This document shows, piece by piece, positions 1-13,929 of a stretch of 64,000 bases of DNA. The stretch is from NCBI RefSeq assembly GCF_006345805.1, contig NC_042998.1, positions 202,616,001 to 202,680,000 on the forward strand. Reading direction: 5' to 3'. Origin of the DNA: Octopus sinensis. Taxonomy: Eukaryota. Each line of letters starts with the position of its first letter. The stretch's first letter is position 1. The translations under genes were made by a program, and so were the position numbers. The notes below the pieces were generated by a model. The model did not search any database and was not told the DNA's origin. It saw nothing but the letters and a program-made list of their open reading frames with translations.

Positions 1-716
1 TCGGCAAAACTGCAAAAGTGTGTAACTCCGAGTCGCAAATTCAATTGCGATATTGCCCAAATTTCGTGCGTTGGCACTTATCAAATATATATTTATGCAT
101 GTACATATATGTATGTGTGTGCGTGTGTATGTGTGTGTATGTGTGTGTATGTGTGTATGCATGTATACATTCATGAATATCTATATAGCTAAGTTTATAT
201 ATTCATACGGGTATGTATTCGTCTCTGTATTTATAAGTTTCCTCTGAATGTTAGAATATCAAACAAAAATATTCCAGTAAGTACCATGGACAATCAATCA
301 ATATTCTTTCTCATTCTTTCTCTGAGGATTTGTTGAGCGTGAGATGAAAGGAGCGACCCGGCATTTGTCTGTTTACAGCTTCGGCTCTATGCTACTAAAT
401 ATTGGTCTGTTGTGGTGTTGGTCAATATATGATTATATGCAGGTCTATACTGAACCATTACTTTTGATGTGCACATGCTCACGCATACACACCCACAAAC
501 ACTAGCACACACCTTTAGATATTCATCTATTTGTACTATTAAACATAGATATTTATAATTACAGATGTGATGCACGTGTCTATGAGTATGTATTTACTCT
601 ATATACCTTTGAATGCATTATTTAAATAAATACATATATATCTGTCTCTTTCTCTCTTTATGCCTCATTTCACCACTTTTCTTTGTCTCCTCATTCACCC
701 ACTTATTACACATAAT

Positions 717-720
<4 letters not shown>

Positions 721-794
<74 letters not shown>

Positions 795-851
795 TTTATA
801 TATATATATATATATATACTTTATATATATATATTATATATATATATATAT

Positions 852-926
<75 letters not shown>

Positions 927-927
927 T

Positions 928-985
<58 letters not shown>

Positions 986-1110
986 TTTATATATATACTT
1001 TATATATATATATATATACTTTATTTAAAGCAGCAGAAAATTCAACAAAACCTGTTACTCATATATATATATATATATATATACATACATACATACATAC
1101 CTATATGCAT
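721..1110. repeat. (TA)n / (CATA)n microsatellite
   Basis: Direct reading; source of the spurious YIYI ORFs. Confidence 0.95.
1021..1060 (-). mobile_element. Terminal fragment of a Penelope-like repeat, truncated at GTTACTC
   Basis: TTATTTAAAGCAGCAGAAAATTCAACAAAACCTGTTACTC recurs at 15537-15572 (inverted), 30145-30226 and, diverged, 21890-21950, where it runs into a hammerhead relic. Confidence 0.55.
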
Positions 1111-1971
1111 GTTTATTTACATACATGTATATTGTAATTTTATCGAAAGTAACTTCGAAGTGTTGTCATTCGCGCAATTATAGGACAAACAACAATATAT
1201 ATCTACGCTGCAGATTGGAAGAAAGCAACTGCTTAAATTGGGGGTTTTAGGAATAAGGGCCATAATTTTTTTTTTTTAAATGTGAGATTGGTGTTTATTG
1301 TACTAGGGATGGAAGATAGTACATGAAATGGGGTGCGGTTAATGTTACAAAGAAACGGGTTGTTAATGCAGGTGATCTGTGAGCTGGAGTGTGTAATAAA
1401 TTAACAGCGGAGATTATGGTTTGACGAAGGGAACAAATGATTCAACATAAAGAAAGGGCTGTAATTTTATGTTTATGTCCATCAAATTTAAGGGAACAAA
1501 GGGCTTGAAACATACCGCATCAATAAAATGTGAAATATTACCAAAAGTTACTTGTCTGGTTGTCTGTATGTTTACACTCTCAAAGATTAAGCATTTCGCT
1601 TAAATCAGCTGAAGTTTTACCACCAAGATTTCTATGGATCTCAATTATATAGCTTCAGGTTTATATTGGAGTATTCCAACTTATTATACTCATCCAGTGA
1701 AGATCTGTGAAGGCTTTCCTTTTTCGCTGTCTTTCTAAGACATTTTATATTTCTCGGTGATATAGAAAGTTAGTGCTTCCTTCCCTTTTTCTATTCTTGC
1801 TCGATTTATATATCAACTACTCTTGAATAAATTAATGTTTCGACTTCAACAGCCGTTTAGGAAAAGAAGACTAACCGAAATAACTAGATGTAATGCGAGA
1901 TGGTTTGCATTAAACATTTCATTTTCGCTTTAGTCTTCATGTGGTACATCTATTATATAAAATCCGTTCAA

Positions 1972-2012
<41 letters not shown>

Positions 2013-4232
2013 GTGTGTGTGTCTTCTAGGATCTCGGGCATCCTCCATCCGTTTGCGCTCAAATTTGATATGTAGATACCGACGGTATCAGGGCGTGTAT
2101 AAGTCCTAAAAAAATTACAAAAATCGATTCAAGGTGAGAATGCGATCGATAAAGCCGTGGAAACGTGCATTGTACGCGCAAGTACATCAGCGTACGAAAG
2201 AAAAATTCACGTGCAGTTTGCACAAAAAAAAGGGCTAGCTTGAAATAATGCCACGAAATGCAGTATATTTAAGAGACCAAAAATATAAGATGGAAAAGAG
2301 GTATTTTTTCAAACTTGACATGAAAGAAAGAAAGACTATTTGGTTTCTCAAGAAGTTTTTTTTTTTTCCTTAAGTTCGTTTAATAAAACCAAAAATTTTA
2401 TTGAAATAAAGGCATGCTTAATTACATTTTAATGAAAAGAAAACACTGATTGCTTTATATTCAGCAAATATGATTCAGCACCGTCCATTGGACGGGGGGG
2501 GGCGTTTTGCTCGTTCAAAATATTTTTACCGCTTTTTTGTCCTCGGGCATAAGTTCATACGGACTATAATCAGTTGCGCAGGTTGTGTATAATCAGGGAT
2601 TAAATATCTTGCATAGAAAGGCTGACATTTTTGCTGCTTAACTCTATGTGCATATATCTCTTATATACACATATGCATGGGTGCACACGCACAAACACGC
2701 ACACATTTATATCTGCATATGTCTTTTACTCCGGCGACTTATTTTGCAACAGCCGTGCTTGTGACTTATTTTCCTAATTCAAATATTTTACTAATTAAAC
2801 AATTCGATGTCTTGACCAAATATTTGATCAGTGAATGATTTGGTTTGACAGAACCAGTTCGTTAGATGGTACTTCATCAATAACGTTCCCTCATCTGGCT
2901 TTGGTGTATCACAGCTCGGGATTTTGTTAGATTAGGAATAGAGTAAGCAACGTCATTGATGGGGATTAGACTAGTGAAGAAAAGGCACTGACTAACAATA
3001 ACTAATCGAATAAAATAATCGGTCAAGCAATTTAGTTGTTAATTTTCTAACTAGTTAACTTAAAAGAAGCCACGCGTAGTCAATGCATGTTTTCATTTGC
3101 AAAACTAAACTTCCCTCGTACAGTATCTTTATCAGCGCATGATTCAGCATCAAGAATTTTGCAATTCTTACGCCTCCATTAGCTTCGCCATACTGTAACA
3201 TTTATATGACCTTTCATACCAAACCACAGAACTTGATCTCTGCTCGTATATAAATCTAATTTCTTGCACCTGCCTTTAAATACATGCCTAATGAATCTCA
3301 AACAATATAAAACCCATTCTTAATATCATACACCAGGTATCATAAAAATAAAGCACAATATGCCGACCAGTTTGGGAGAAATCCACTGACAACTACCTAA
3401 AACTAGTGTTTTCCTTGTCCGCCATATCTTTTCTGCTGCCACGACTCACTCGTTTTGCCTTTTCGTCTCTCTTTCTCCGTTTCTCCTATATAATATTTTA
3501 CTTTCAACTCACTATTCATTATTGCTGCCTACCCACTCAAACATCCATAAAGATGGGTTTTGTTATATGCCACGAGAAAAAAACTCTACAACACACTAAC
3601 ACGCAACTACAAGATGACCCTTAAGCAACAAAATTAGTCAGTTGAAGACTAGTTTGAAATCAGTCAACCTATTTTTTGTTTACTCACACGCGTATATACG
3701 TAAACATGCGCATGGCTGTATTTATACTTATACATATATGTATGTATATCTCAACAAGCAACATGTTACTATTTGCTATATAAATCTAGTTAGAATGTTA
3801 CTTTCGGTTTCACGCTGAATATTGCCCCGGAAAAATATTGAAAATTCTACATATAACTCAATGCCTTTAGTGACGATGTATAAGCATGCAGCTAGAAAAG
3901 CAGCTATAAAATACAAACTTGCCAGTTTATTGTATTAAATGTTGCGACAAGAGACTGTGTAAATTATCAGTTAATTGACCATAAGTCAGAAATAAAAGCA
4001 CACTCAATATAAATAACAGAGTAGGTATATTTTTATATCGTCAAACAATATTCGGTGCGAGACCGACATTGACACTCTGACGATTTACTTGCCATACGCA
4101 TTGGTATTGTATACAATTATAAAGCTCTATTGCATCTTTTTATCATTCCATTATATGTGAACATCCACACTTTTATATCTGTCTTAGTTTTGTCCCCATC
4201 ATCCTTCACCCTGGCGGAAAATAAAAGAAATC

Positions 4233-6620
4233 AGTATTATTATTCATATACACACAACAGATTAGAATGTTGGAAAAGAAAAATTTCCTAACATCGGGCT
4301 AAAATAACTAACCTTAAATGCCAAGAACCCTCTTAAGTATCTTAGCTGTCCCTAATAACACTGTTTTCTGCGGCCATACTAAACTGGGTTTTAAACCTGT
4401 TTCCTCTATAGATCTGTTAAAATTTTTAGGGGTAGTTCCTAATGCTCCTATAACAAGTCTGATACCTTTTACACGCACTTTCCATAGTCTTTGTAATTCA
4501 ATGGCTAGGTTCTGGTACTTTGCTATACTTTCTATACCTCTCATTTTGATTTTTTCATCATTTGGGGCTTTCTATTCACTTCGTCTGCTACTAATAAATC
4601 AGGCATCTTAGCTTTTATTAATCTGGCTCTCTTAATGTTAAAGTCTCACAACATCTTCTATTTCTTACTTTCTAGTACTTTACTACGTTCATGCTCATAC
4701 CATTATCAGTATTTTCAAATCCTAGCTTTCTATATAACTCCCAGTGGATTACTCTCTCTAGGTAGTCGTCTTTTCTTGTATTCTTTGCGTGCCAGTATGC
4801 TACATTCTCTCACATTGGGAATCTATTTGGTTTTTGTCTATTTGTCTTTTATCTAATTAATCCTTAATGCTTGACCATATGCTGCTAAGCTATTACGAAA
4901 CTTTCTATCTCTCTTTTCAGCCTTTCTGCAACCATAATCAAGTCTCACTATTACTATTTACTACAACTATCATTGGGAATTCTTCTCTTGCTCCTATTTT
5001 TTTTCTAGCTTTTAACTTCCTTTGGTTTTTGGTTTCCCCATATCTCGCCGGGACTCTAGCTGCTCTTAGTAAACTTTCTTCACTATTACCTGCAGATGAG
5101 TCTATATCTATTCTAGCTAACTCCACGCAATCTTCTACTGATATTAACTCTCTTTTACCTTCTTTTCTATGTAAGTATAATCTTGCTACTTGTGCCCTTG
5201 AGTGGAGTCCTCCATTCATATTGAATTCATTCCTAGTTCTTCTATCTACCTTTGCTAATTCAATTTTTGTCTAATTTAGAAAAGCTATTGAGTATCTAAG
5301 TAATGATACAGACCAAGTATTTACAGCCTTCACTAGATTCGGAACATTTACCCTTGACTTTATTAGCTTCCTTGGACCTCTCATGTACTCCTCAATTTTT
5401 GTTTTCATGTTTATAATTAGTATTCTGTCAGATTCTTATACTCCTAAATACATATTATTCTCTCCTTCTTTTAATGATTTTAATGTTTAGTCATCTGGTA
5501 ATTGGATTCCTTGACAGCTGACTACCTGTCCCCTTTTCATGACTAATATTGCACACTTATCCATGCCAAATTCCATTCCTCTATCTTTGCTGAAGTGTCT
5601 TACGATCAGTATTAAGGAATCTATATCTTTTTCATTCTTACTAAAAAGCTTCAGATCATCCATGGGTAATTTTTCCCTTACTATGTCTGAACTGATACCC
5701 CGCGTCTGCCTCCCTTAATATTAAGCTGAGGAAGATCAAACTTAAAACAAATATTAAAGGGGACATCGACCCCCCCCCCTGTAAAATCCCTCTATTGATA
5801 TTAACCTTCCCTAACAGTGTGTCACCTAAGTAGAGATCTACTTTCCATTCCTTCATGCTAAAGCTAATTAATTCTCTTATGTTGTCTGCTATACTGAAAG
5901 TACTCAAGCATTCTCTTATCCATGAGTGTGGGATCATATCATAGGCTTTCCTATAATCTATCCATGCTATTGTTAGATTTTTCTTTCAAGCTTTTACTCC
6001 ATTTAGAACTGCTTAGTCTATGTATAATAGATCATGCCTTTCTCTAGCTTTCTTCATGCTACCTTTATGTTCTTCTGGCAGTAAAGTCTGGTTGGCAAGG
6101 TGCTCGTAAATGCTTTCTAGTAGCATTCCTTTTAACAGCTTCCACACTAAATGTAAGCAAGTGATTTATCTATAGTTGCTTCCTGTATTACCCTTGCTCT
6201 TATCTTTCATGTTCAGTATTGTCCTCCCTCTAGTAATCCAATCTGGTATTATTCCTCCATTTAAGGCAATCTTGAAGTTTTTCCCTCAGCCTCCCGTGTA
6301 TACTACTCAATTTCTTTATCCAGTACGCTTGAACTAAATCTGGTTCTGGGCCCTCCGAAATCGGCATTTGTCCTAACACTAGTTAATTTTACATCTGGTT
6401 ATTTCTCATTCACTACTTCGTCCCTCACTTTCTTCAAACATACTACATCTCCATTATTATTAACTGGCCTCTCCCAAATATGACTCCAGAATTTTCTAGC
6501 TTCTTCTGCATTAGGTATTTCGTTCTCCACTATCTATTTGGTTATAAAATCTCCTTTTGGCATTTTGGCGTCTTTCGTTTGATTTTTGGTATCGTCAATT
6601 CTTCTGAACCAGCTTTAAAA
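4233..6620 (-). mobile_element. Decayed R4/Dong-like non-LTR retrotransposon (RT plus C-terminal restriction-like endonuclease)
   Basis: RT motif RGILQGGGSMSPLIFVL (5656-5937); C-terminal KYQNLAIELQRLWKV..VIGALGT..QKTVLLGTAKILKRVL (4314-4544); short AAT tail near 4235; many stops and frameshifts. Confidence 0.85.
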
Positions 6621-6624
6621 TTCA

Positions 6625-7260
6625 GTTGTTTTCTAGTTGCAATTTCCAATTGGAGTTAAGTTCGTATTAACTCCAAACCGCCTTCGCTTCTCGGGAGGTA
6701 AATTTTGGTGTTTGCCTGCCTATTGGGTGATGCATACAATGCATCGTCAACAGCTTTCGTACTTTGACATCACCTTTGTTGATCTCAGAACGGAGCCAGC
6801 TTACAATATTGAAGCTGTATGTTATTACAGGCATGATCAATGTTTTCGTAGCCTCAGTTTTGTTTCTAGTATTCAGCTCAGGTTTTAGAATGGTCCTAAC
6901 TCTTCTGCAGCACTCCTTTGTTATCTTTTCTTTCATTGCTGTGTGTTTAATCCTATTTCCTTCACATACTCTTAGATACATACAACTTCCCTGATATTTG
7001 AATTATTTTATCTCGCTACTTCTAGCTTGGGGTGATGCTTCCTGTGTTTGATAGTTTAGTTTTTCTCTTAATAAATGTAGCCTTGACGCATTTGTCAAAC
7101 TCGAATTCTATTTTGATGTTATCGCTAAATTGTTTGACAGCGTGTAGGCGAGCTTGCAGTTGTTGATGATTTTTGCTAACAGTTTCAAGTCATCCATATA
7201 GAGGCAATGATTAAGTGTTTATCAATACACCCTGTATCCATAATTTGTTACATTCAAGAC
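6625..7260 (-). mobile_element. Second R4-like RT fragment
   Basis: LYMDDLKL motif near 7190 and KITKECCRRVRTILKPELNTRNK..VITYSFNIVSW (6667-6981). Confidence 0.8.
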
Positions 7261-7281
7261 TTTACTTAGGAGGTAAGAGTG

Positions 7282-7620
7282 CTACGCAGAATAACCAAGG
7301 AGATAACTAGTTTCCTTGAAATATTCCACAATTAATGTTGTTGTTGTCCAGCGTTTGTAGTTGTAGTGTTCCGGAATTGGAATATTTTCAGCAGTATGAG
7401 CAACTGGTTTTAAAGCTGAAGGCCAATGTGGATAAATAATTTTGGATTTGTTCTTCTTAGAGAAAACGGTGATGCTAGTTAAGCAGAAATAGCAATTGGT
7501 ATAGTGGTTTGTTGGTTCGCGCCATATAAATGCTACTGCAAATGGAATACTTTTCCGTTTACCATTCAGCCATTGAGATAAACAGCAAGGTAGGGCCAAG
7601 TTAGAATTCTCTTCAGGTCG
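7282..7620 (-). mobile_element. DNA transposase N-terminal fragment, Chapaev3-like
   Basis: QWLNGKRKSIPFAVAFIWREPTNHYTNCYFC..IIYPHWPSALKPVAH matches, from memory, the WREPxNHxxDCYFC region of CMC/Chapaev-3-type transposases. Confidence 0.65.
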
Positions 7621-8086
7621 AGTTACCCATGCTCCTCAAAAGGTCCCTGAATCTCGTCATCTGTCCAGGTGATTAACACAAACTTTTCTGCTCACCATAA
7701 AAAATATACAGTAATAACCTAAATCAACATTCAAGGAAGTCTATCAATAAACTAAAATGTAAAATTAATCATCGAAATATATTTCCCCAAAACAAATTTT
7801 TTTCATCTCCAAATTTCAAACATTGATCACTTGATGTAATTTGTTTTATCAAGAGAAGGAAGTCTGAGTGGCTAATATAACCTTATATCAATAGCCTACT
7901 GTGGGGAGAACTTTACTATGATTACAGCGATAACAAAGTAAAATAAATCTTCATCTTGTGTGGCAATTTAACAGGCAGCCTACATTTCCTTCTATCAGCA
8001 CTTATTTTTGTTTCAATGATGAGTATATGAATAGAAATCGAAAACAAAAAGCCTGCTACTTTGTCAATATTATCAATTGGTTCGAG

Positions 8087-8462
8087 CCGGCGAGCTGGCA
8101 GAAACGTTAGCATGCCGGGTGAAATGCTTAGCGGTATTTCGTCTGCCATTACGTTCTGAGTTCAAATTCCGTCGTGGTCGATGTTACCTTTCATCCTTTC
8201 GAGGTCGATTAAATAAGTACCAGTTACGCACTGGGGTCGATATAATCGACTTAATTCATTTGTCTGTCCTTGTTTGTCCTCTCTGTTTTTAGCCTCTTGT
8301 GGGTAGTAAAGAAATAGGTATTTCGTCTGTCTTTACTTTCTGAGTTCAAATTCCGCCGAGGTCGACTTTGCCTTTCATCCTTTCGGGGTCGATAAATTAA
8401 GTACGAGTTACGCACTGGGGTCGATATAATCGACTTAATCCGTTTGTCTGCCCTTGTTTGGT
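8087..8462 (+). mobile_element. SINE family A (tRNA-like head, Nin/Deu-like core), head-to-tail dimer
   Basis: GGCGAGCTGGCAGAAACG head, B-box-like GAGTTCAAATTCC, core GAGGTCGACTTTGCCTTTCATCCTTTCGGGGTCGATAAA; second truncated unit starts at about 8317. Confidence 0.85.
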
Positions 8463-8821
8463 CTATCCAGGCCGCTGAGATATTTGATTTTCGTGTAGTG
8501 ATAATCTTCAAAAATGTTTTGCTAATTCACAATTGATCCTTGCATCCACAATACCTACATGTGTATCCTTTTTGCTCACTAAGGAAAAAATTGTTAATGA
8601 CTAAACTATATGTGCGTTTCATTAGGAGAGATGTAAGATTTTTGTACAATGTTGTAAGGCTTACTATGGAATTTTTCTTCCATCAATTTTGGGAAGCTAA
8701 AACGTGATACCATTGGCTAGACATTCTTTATAATCGCGATGTCACTAGTAGGTTACATCGGTGAATTTTCCCGCAGAATTCCAGTAATTCATGCTCTGAG
8801 GGGACTTCTGTTTTCTTGCAG

Positions 8822-8845
8822 ATCTTCTTCTTCTTCTTCTTCTTC

Positions 8846-8921
<76 letters not shown>

Positions 8922-9005
8922 CATTATTATTATTATCATTATTATTATTATTATTATTATTATAATTATCATTACTATTATTATTATTACTATTATTATT
9001 ATTAC

Positions 9006-9082
<77 letters not shown>

Positions 9083-9095
9083 TATTATTATTATT
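8822..9095. repeat. (CTT)n then (ATT)n microsatellite; 3' tail or target of the adjacent LINE
   Basis: Direct reading. Confidence 0.95.
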
Positions 9096-12000
9096 CTTTC
9101 AATTTTGTTTCCATTTCATGCCGGGTGTCTTGCCAACACCTAAGGTAAAGAAACTCATTGTATACTTTACCTTTAAAGTAGAACATTAAAATAAGCACAC
9201 CAGATTGTTCATTTACAAAGTCATGTGACAAAGAAGAAAGAAAGAAAAACGAAGGAATGAAAAAAGAAAATATAAGAGAAAGAAAATTCCCCAGAGATAA
9301 TTCTTCTCAATACATGTGTCGTACCAGATGAAGCAATCTTTTGCACTTCCTGCATGGATGGTAAGGCAGCGATCATCCGCAAACAATTTTCAGTTCTGTT
9401 TTTAATCATTCCTAATGTTCCTGCAATCACAATTTTCGTAATCGTCTTGAGATGCCACATCTCTTCGATTTCAATCAGCAAATCTTTATATTTTCTGAGA
9501 TTGTCAAATTCTTTTGCCGAAATATTATGATCACAAGACATGGTCGTGCCAGTCAATAAACAGATTTTATTGTTTTGCTCTTTCACAATAATATCTGGTT
9601 TATTAGCTTTGATGGCCTGGTCTGTAATTACTTGAAAGTCCCAAAGAATCGTTAAATTTTCTCCTTCAGTTACAGCCTTAAGGTAGTGCTTGTACCATTT
9701 GTCAGCTGTTTTGATTTTTATAATGCCGATATATTATCCAGTGTAGATATTGGCCAACTCTGTCATGTTATGATTTATACTCTACAGGTGCTAAAACTTT
9801 GCACCTAGAAATTAGGTGGTTCACTGCTCCAATCTTATCGTTGCCGAATGAGATTGAAATAAAAGTCTTCACTAAAAACATTGAATAGAATTTGGGTCTA
9901 CTCCAGTTTTCATTACATTGGCTTGGTAGTTCATGGACAATAAGCTCTGATAAAGCCCTCGATCTTTGCCTTTAGCACTAAGCTCCATAGCCACTGATGC
10001 GTGTGCTTCTGGTCTACATCAGCTTTTTGCTACGGGCCACATATTTGTCATACATGCTTGTGTTCCCACCTATCAGCCAAGTGTTCAAAAGCTTTTTACT
10101 TTGCTATTGATTTCACCTTCTTTGCAACAACAGTTCCCGCACTTCCATCATGCTGTTCAACCTGGGTATTATGCATGAACCCCCTAGCAATTTTTTTGCC
10201 CTCCTTCGTGAAGCTTCTTAGTCTCTCGTGTATTTAAAAGAGTTTTAGCATCCAGTCGTTAGAAGTTTCAAGATATTTGGTCAGTCCAATTGTAGTGGTT
10301 TTGTAAGAGATTTCAAATTTTATCAAGCCTCGTTCACCTTCGTCTCTGGGAAGGTGAAGACGATGTACATCTACCTTTGGGTGATGCATCTTATTGCAAG
10401 TCAGCAGCTTACCGTTTTTTTTCCTGTCAATTTTCCCTTATTTAACTGATACTCCACTTCAATTCATTGAAACTATAAATAACAACAGGGACTGTTAAGT
10501 AATTTATGGCTAACACCTTATCACGTGCGTTTAATTCAGATCTTAGGACTGTAAATTTCCTCTCTGATCTTCTCTTTCATGCTTGAATGCTGAATGCCAT
10601 AACACTCATTTATTCCGAAATATTTGTAAGTTTGTCCCTGCTCAAGGTTTTTTATAACTGTAATAACATCTAACACCACTGAATGTGAGGTCTTCAATTT
10701 CCCTTTCTGGAAAGAGGCTTTGGCACATTTATCAAAACTAAATTCCACCCCGATGCTATTACTGAATGCATTCAAATTACGCAATAAGCCTTCATGCTCA
10801 TTATGGTTTTTGCCAAAGAGTTTTAAGTAATCCATGTAAAATAGATGGTTTATTTTCTTGTCGTCAATTTTATACCATACCCTGTTTGTTAAGTACACAT
10901 GTAAGGGGTATTAGGGCTATGCAAAAATTTATGTTTGAAAGTGAGTCACCTTGGAAAAGTGAGAGAGCAGTGCATGCTATCAAAATTACACTTGAGTAAA
11001 ATATACGAAGCCCAGTATACCCATTACGACTACCCGTCTGATAAGGGTAAACGAGGCACATGCATCACAACCTTTTGTGCGAGACATGCTCAACTGGTTA
11101 AGGCCAATCAACTGACAAGCAAATCTGTGGTATTGAGCAGAATATTTGCTGTACCCCATCTTTTATACTAAGACAAACCAATACACAATAGCCTCTCTCA
11201 AGGGCAATGCAAGTGGAATAATAGCAACCACGAATAGTATTTCCGAGCGTGTGTCACCTGGGAATATTTCCCTAGTTACGCTGGTCCGCCTAACTTATCT
11301 TGACCTGATATTTGTATAGTTATCCATTTTGGCATGTTGTCTTATAAGAGCTGTACAATGCTCTCAGCTATCCCAAATATAATTAGCTATTTTAGGGATC
11401 CATGAGTGTGGCACACTATCATATACTTTTTAGTAATCAATTCATGTCGTTGCTAAGTTTTTCTTCCTTATTTTGAAATTCCAGAGAACTTATGCAGATC
11501 TATATATATAACAAGTCACTTGTTACTTTGCAACCATTTCTACATCCTCTCAGCTTTTCTGGTAGCATATCACCTTCCTCAAGATACCTATATTTATATA
11601 TATCCTTTGCAATAAAACTTGTTAGTAAATTTCACACCATTGGTAGCTAAGTTATTGGTCGGCAGTTATTTGCTATATCTCCTTTCTTCTGATCTTTCAA
11701 TATCACCACTGTTGTATCTTTCCTCACAGCCGTCTCGATACAGAAACAGCCGTCTCGATACAGCTATTTAGCTGTGTGCTCATTCTCTCACGAAAAGCAG
11801 TGAAACGTTTTAGCCAAAATCCCTAGACCAAATCTAGGTTGGGAATCCTTTTCAAGACATGTATTAACGTTACTATTGTGGTCTTCAAGTTTCTGTTTTA
11901 GCAAAATCTGCGCTATTTGTTTTTCTCATTTTTAAACATTCTTCACCACCATCGTGTTTCACTTTATGGCTCCAAATGATTCTCCAGAATTCCTTTGATT

Positions 12001-13400
12001 TTTTCTTGTAACGTTTCCATTTAGTTCCGTGTAAATTCTACTTTGATCTGCTTTGAACAATTTATTTTGTTTAGACTGTTCAATTCTGTAACTGCATCTC
12101 TTGATCTTGGCAGCGTTTGCTTTTATCCTTTCTTTTCAATTCTCTCCTATATCATTTTTGTTTCAAGCAGTATTTCTTTGGATTGCTTCCTAGAGGATAA
12201 CTTTTGACTTATGCCCGTTGCTAAGAATCTCCTCATTCACAAGGTTTTTCCGTAACGGACCTACCTATCCCTGCAATCACCTTTTCCACCACCAGGATTC
12301 CCTTTCATTCTTTTGAGGTTGTAGTATCTTCACGCCAAGTCATTCAGTTACTACGACTGCTGCAGTATACATTATGTTGTTGGTCATGATGCTACAATTA
12401 CTTCTTATATTGTACAAGACTTGGCTAATTATTTGTATCTATTTCCCTATTTGGTATTTTTTCTTATTTATTGATGGTAACACTTTTCGTTCATCTAACT
12501 GGGTAATACCATGTAATCTACCAGCAATAACCAGCTCTTCATCGGAACAGTTATTTCTGGTTCCACGCGTACATTTATGCGTCTCTTAATATGTGGTATC
12601 TAGGGCCTCTATGTCTTAGCTCTCATTGTTGTTGACATCTATCTGTCTTACATTGCTACATTCCGTCTGGTAGGTTTTGTGTTTGATTCCCTCGATGTGT
12701 ACTTCTGTTCAGCAGCTTTTCTCTTTTATATCATACTTCGTCGCTTGGTCTCTGTCGGGTTACATCAAACATTCCCTTTCTTGTCTCAAAACATGTCTCT
12801 CTCATTCTGTCCCTATAGAAAAATCTGCTAGGTCCACTTCGAATGGAGCATTCCATCACCGTGGTCTGCTCCAGTCGATCCTTCCTGCTTTCTTTCGTAT
12901 CGCACTAGCTACATCGACCGGGTCTACCCTGCTGTGCAACAGGCCCCCTACCGGATGATAGATTTTTTCCATTATTGGTTCCAACCTTATTCACGTTGTT
13001 GTTGAATACATTTGTGTTTGACATTTTCACTCACAGTGAATGTGATGATGATGCGACAAAACCACCCTTGTTTTTTATTAAGACACCATCATTTGAGGGG
13101 TTTTCGACCAAGGCTTAAAGAGGTCTCCACATTCCATGAGACAGGTTTCAAACCACCAGATGCCAATTTATTATTTCATGATCTCAGGGTGGGCTTACAG
13201 GTACTACGACTTGTCCAATCTTTGGATTGCTTCATAGAAGATAGGTTTTGTCTTATGCCCGTTGCTAAGTATCTTCTCCTTCACAAGGCCTTTCCATAAC
13301 TGACATATCTGTCTCTGCAATCACCTTTTCCACCAGAGTAACTTCATTATTCCTACGTCGAGATTCCACAAACAGATGTAGATTCACGTCATATTGTTAT
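9096..13400 (-). mobile_element. Near full-length decayed R4/Dong-like LINE (about 4.3 kb)
   Basis: RT motifs LFQGDSLS and KKINHLFYMDYLKLF (10536-11061); CCHC knuckle, HDRVGQYLHW and ANKPDII endonuclease motif (9590-9850); C-terminal KEFDNLRKYKDLLIEIEEMW; AAT microsatellites on both flanks. Confidence 0.88.
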
Positions 13401-13567
13401 TAGCATTATCATAATTTGCTTATATTGTTGTTGTCGGTGGTGGTGGTCACTATGTTGTTGTAAACTATATTGTTACTTTTGGAGTTGTTGCTGTTTTTGT
13501 CATTATTCTCATTATTCTGGTTATCTCCGATAGCCACAATCACTTTTGTCATCGTTATGTTTCGTTC

Positions 13568-13569
<2 letters not shown>

Positions 13570-13630
<61 letters not shown>

Positions 13631-13648
13631 CATTATTATCATCATCAT
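13570..13648. repeat. (ATT)n/(ATC)n microsatellite
   Basis: Direct reading. Confidence 0.95.
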
Positions 13649-13929
13649 GTGATATTTTTTGCTTCATATTAACAGCTAAATGATAAGTGTGTGTACGTAT
13701 GTATGTATAAAATGAGTGTATGCGTGCGTTTAAAGCAGTTGTATTATTAATCGAATCAGTAACTAGAAACTCCAAGATTAAATGGAGTTTCTCACAAATA
13801 TTCCATCCTCATAAGCAGAGCAAATATCTTCGTGAAATGGAAGGAGATATGAAATTTTTATCCCCCTTTCACCAATCCACTACTTCATAGGTTAACAGAA
13901 AACTAAGAAAAATATGTTTAATGCGTCAG

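Noticed and set aside
613-1137. [16 protein letters not shown] and poly-I/Y/H/D ORFs throughout the window
   Set aside because: Translations of (TA)n, (CA)n, (CATA)n, (ATT)n and (CAT)n microsatellites, which are stop-free by construction.
2080-2760. Possible very old mariner-derived element
   Set aside because: Only vague TIR-like ends and a few residues of similarity; not supportable.
11728-11765. Small tandem duplications (here 20 bp; 35020-35075, 26 bp; 55960-55990)
   Set aside because: Ordinary slippage events.
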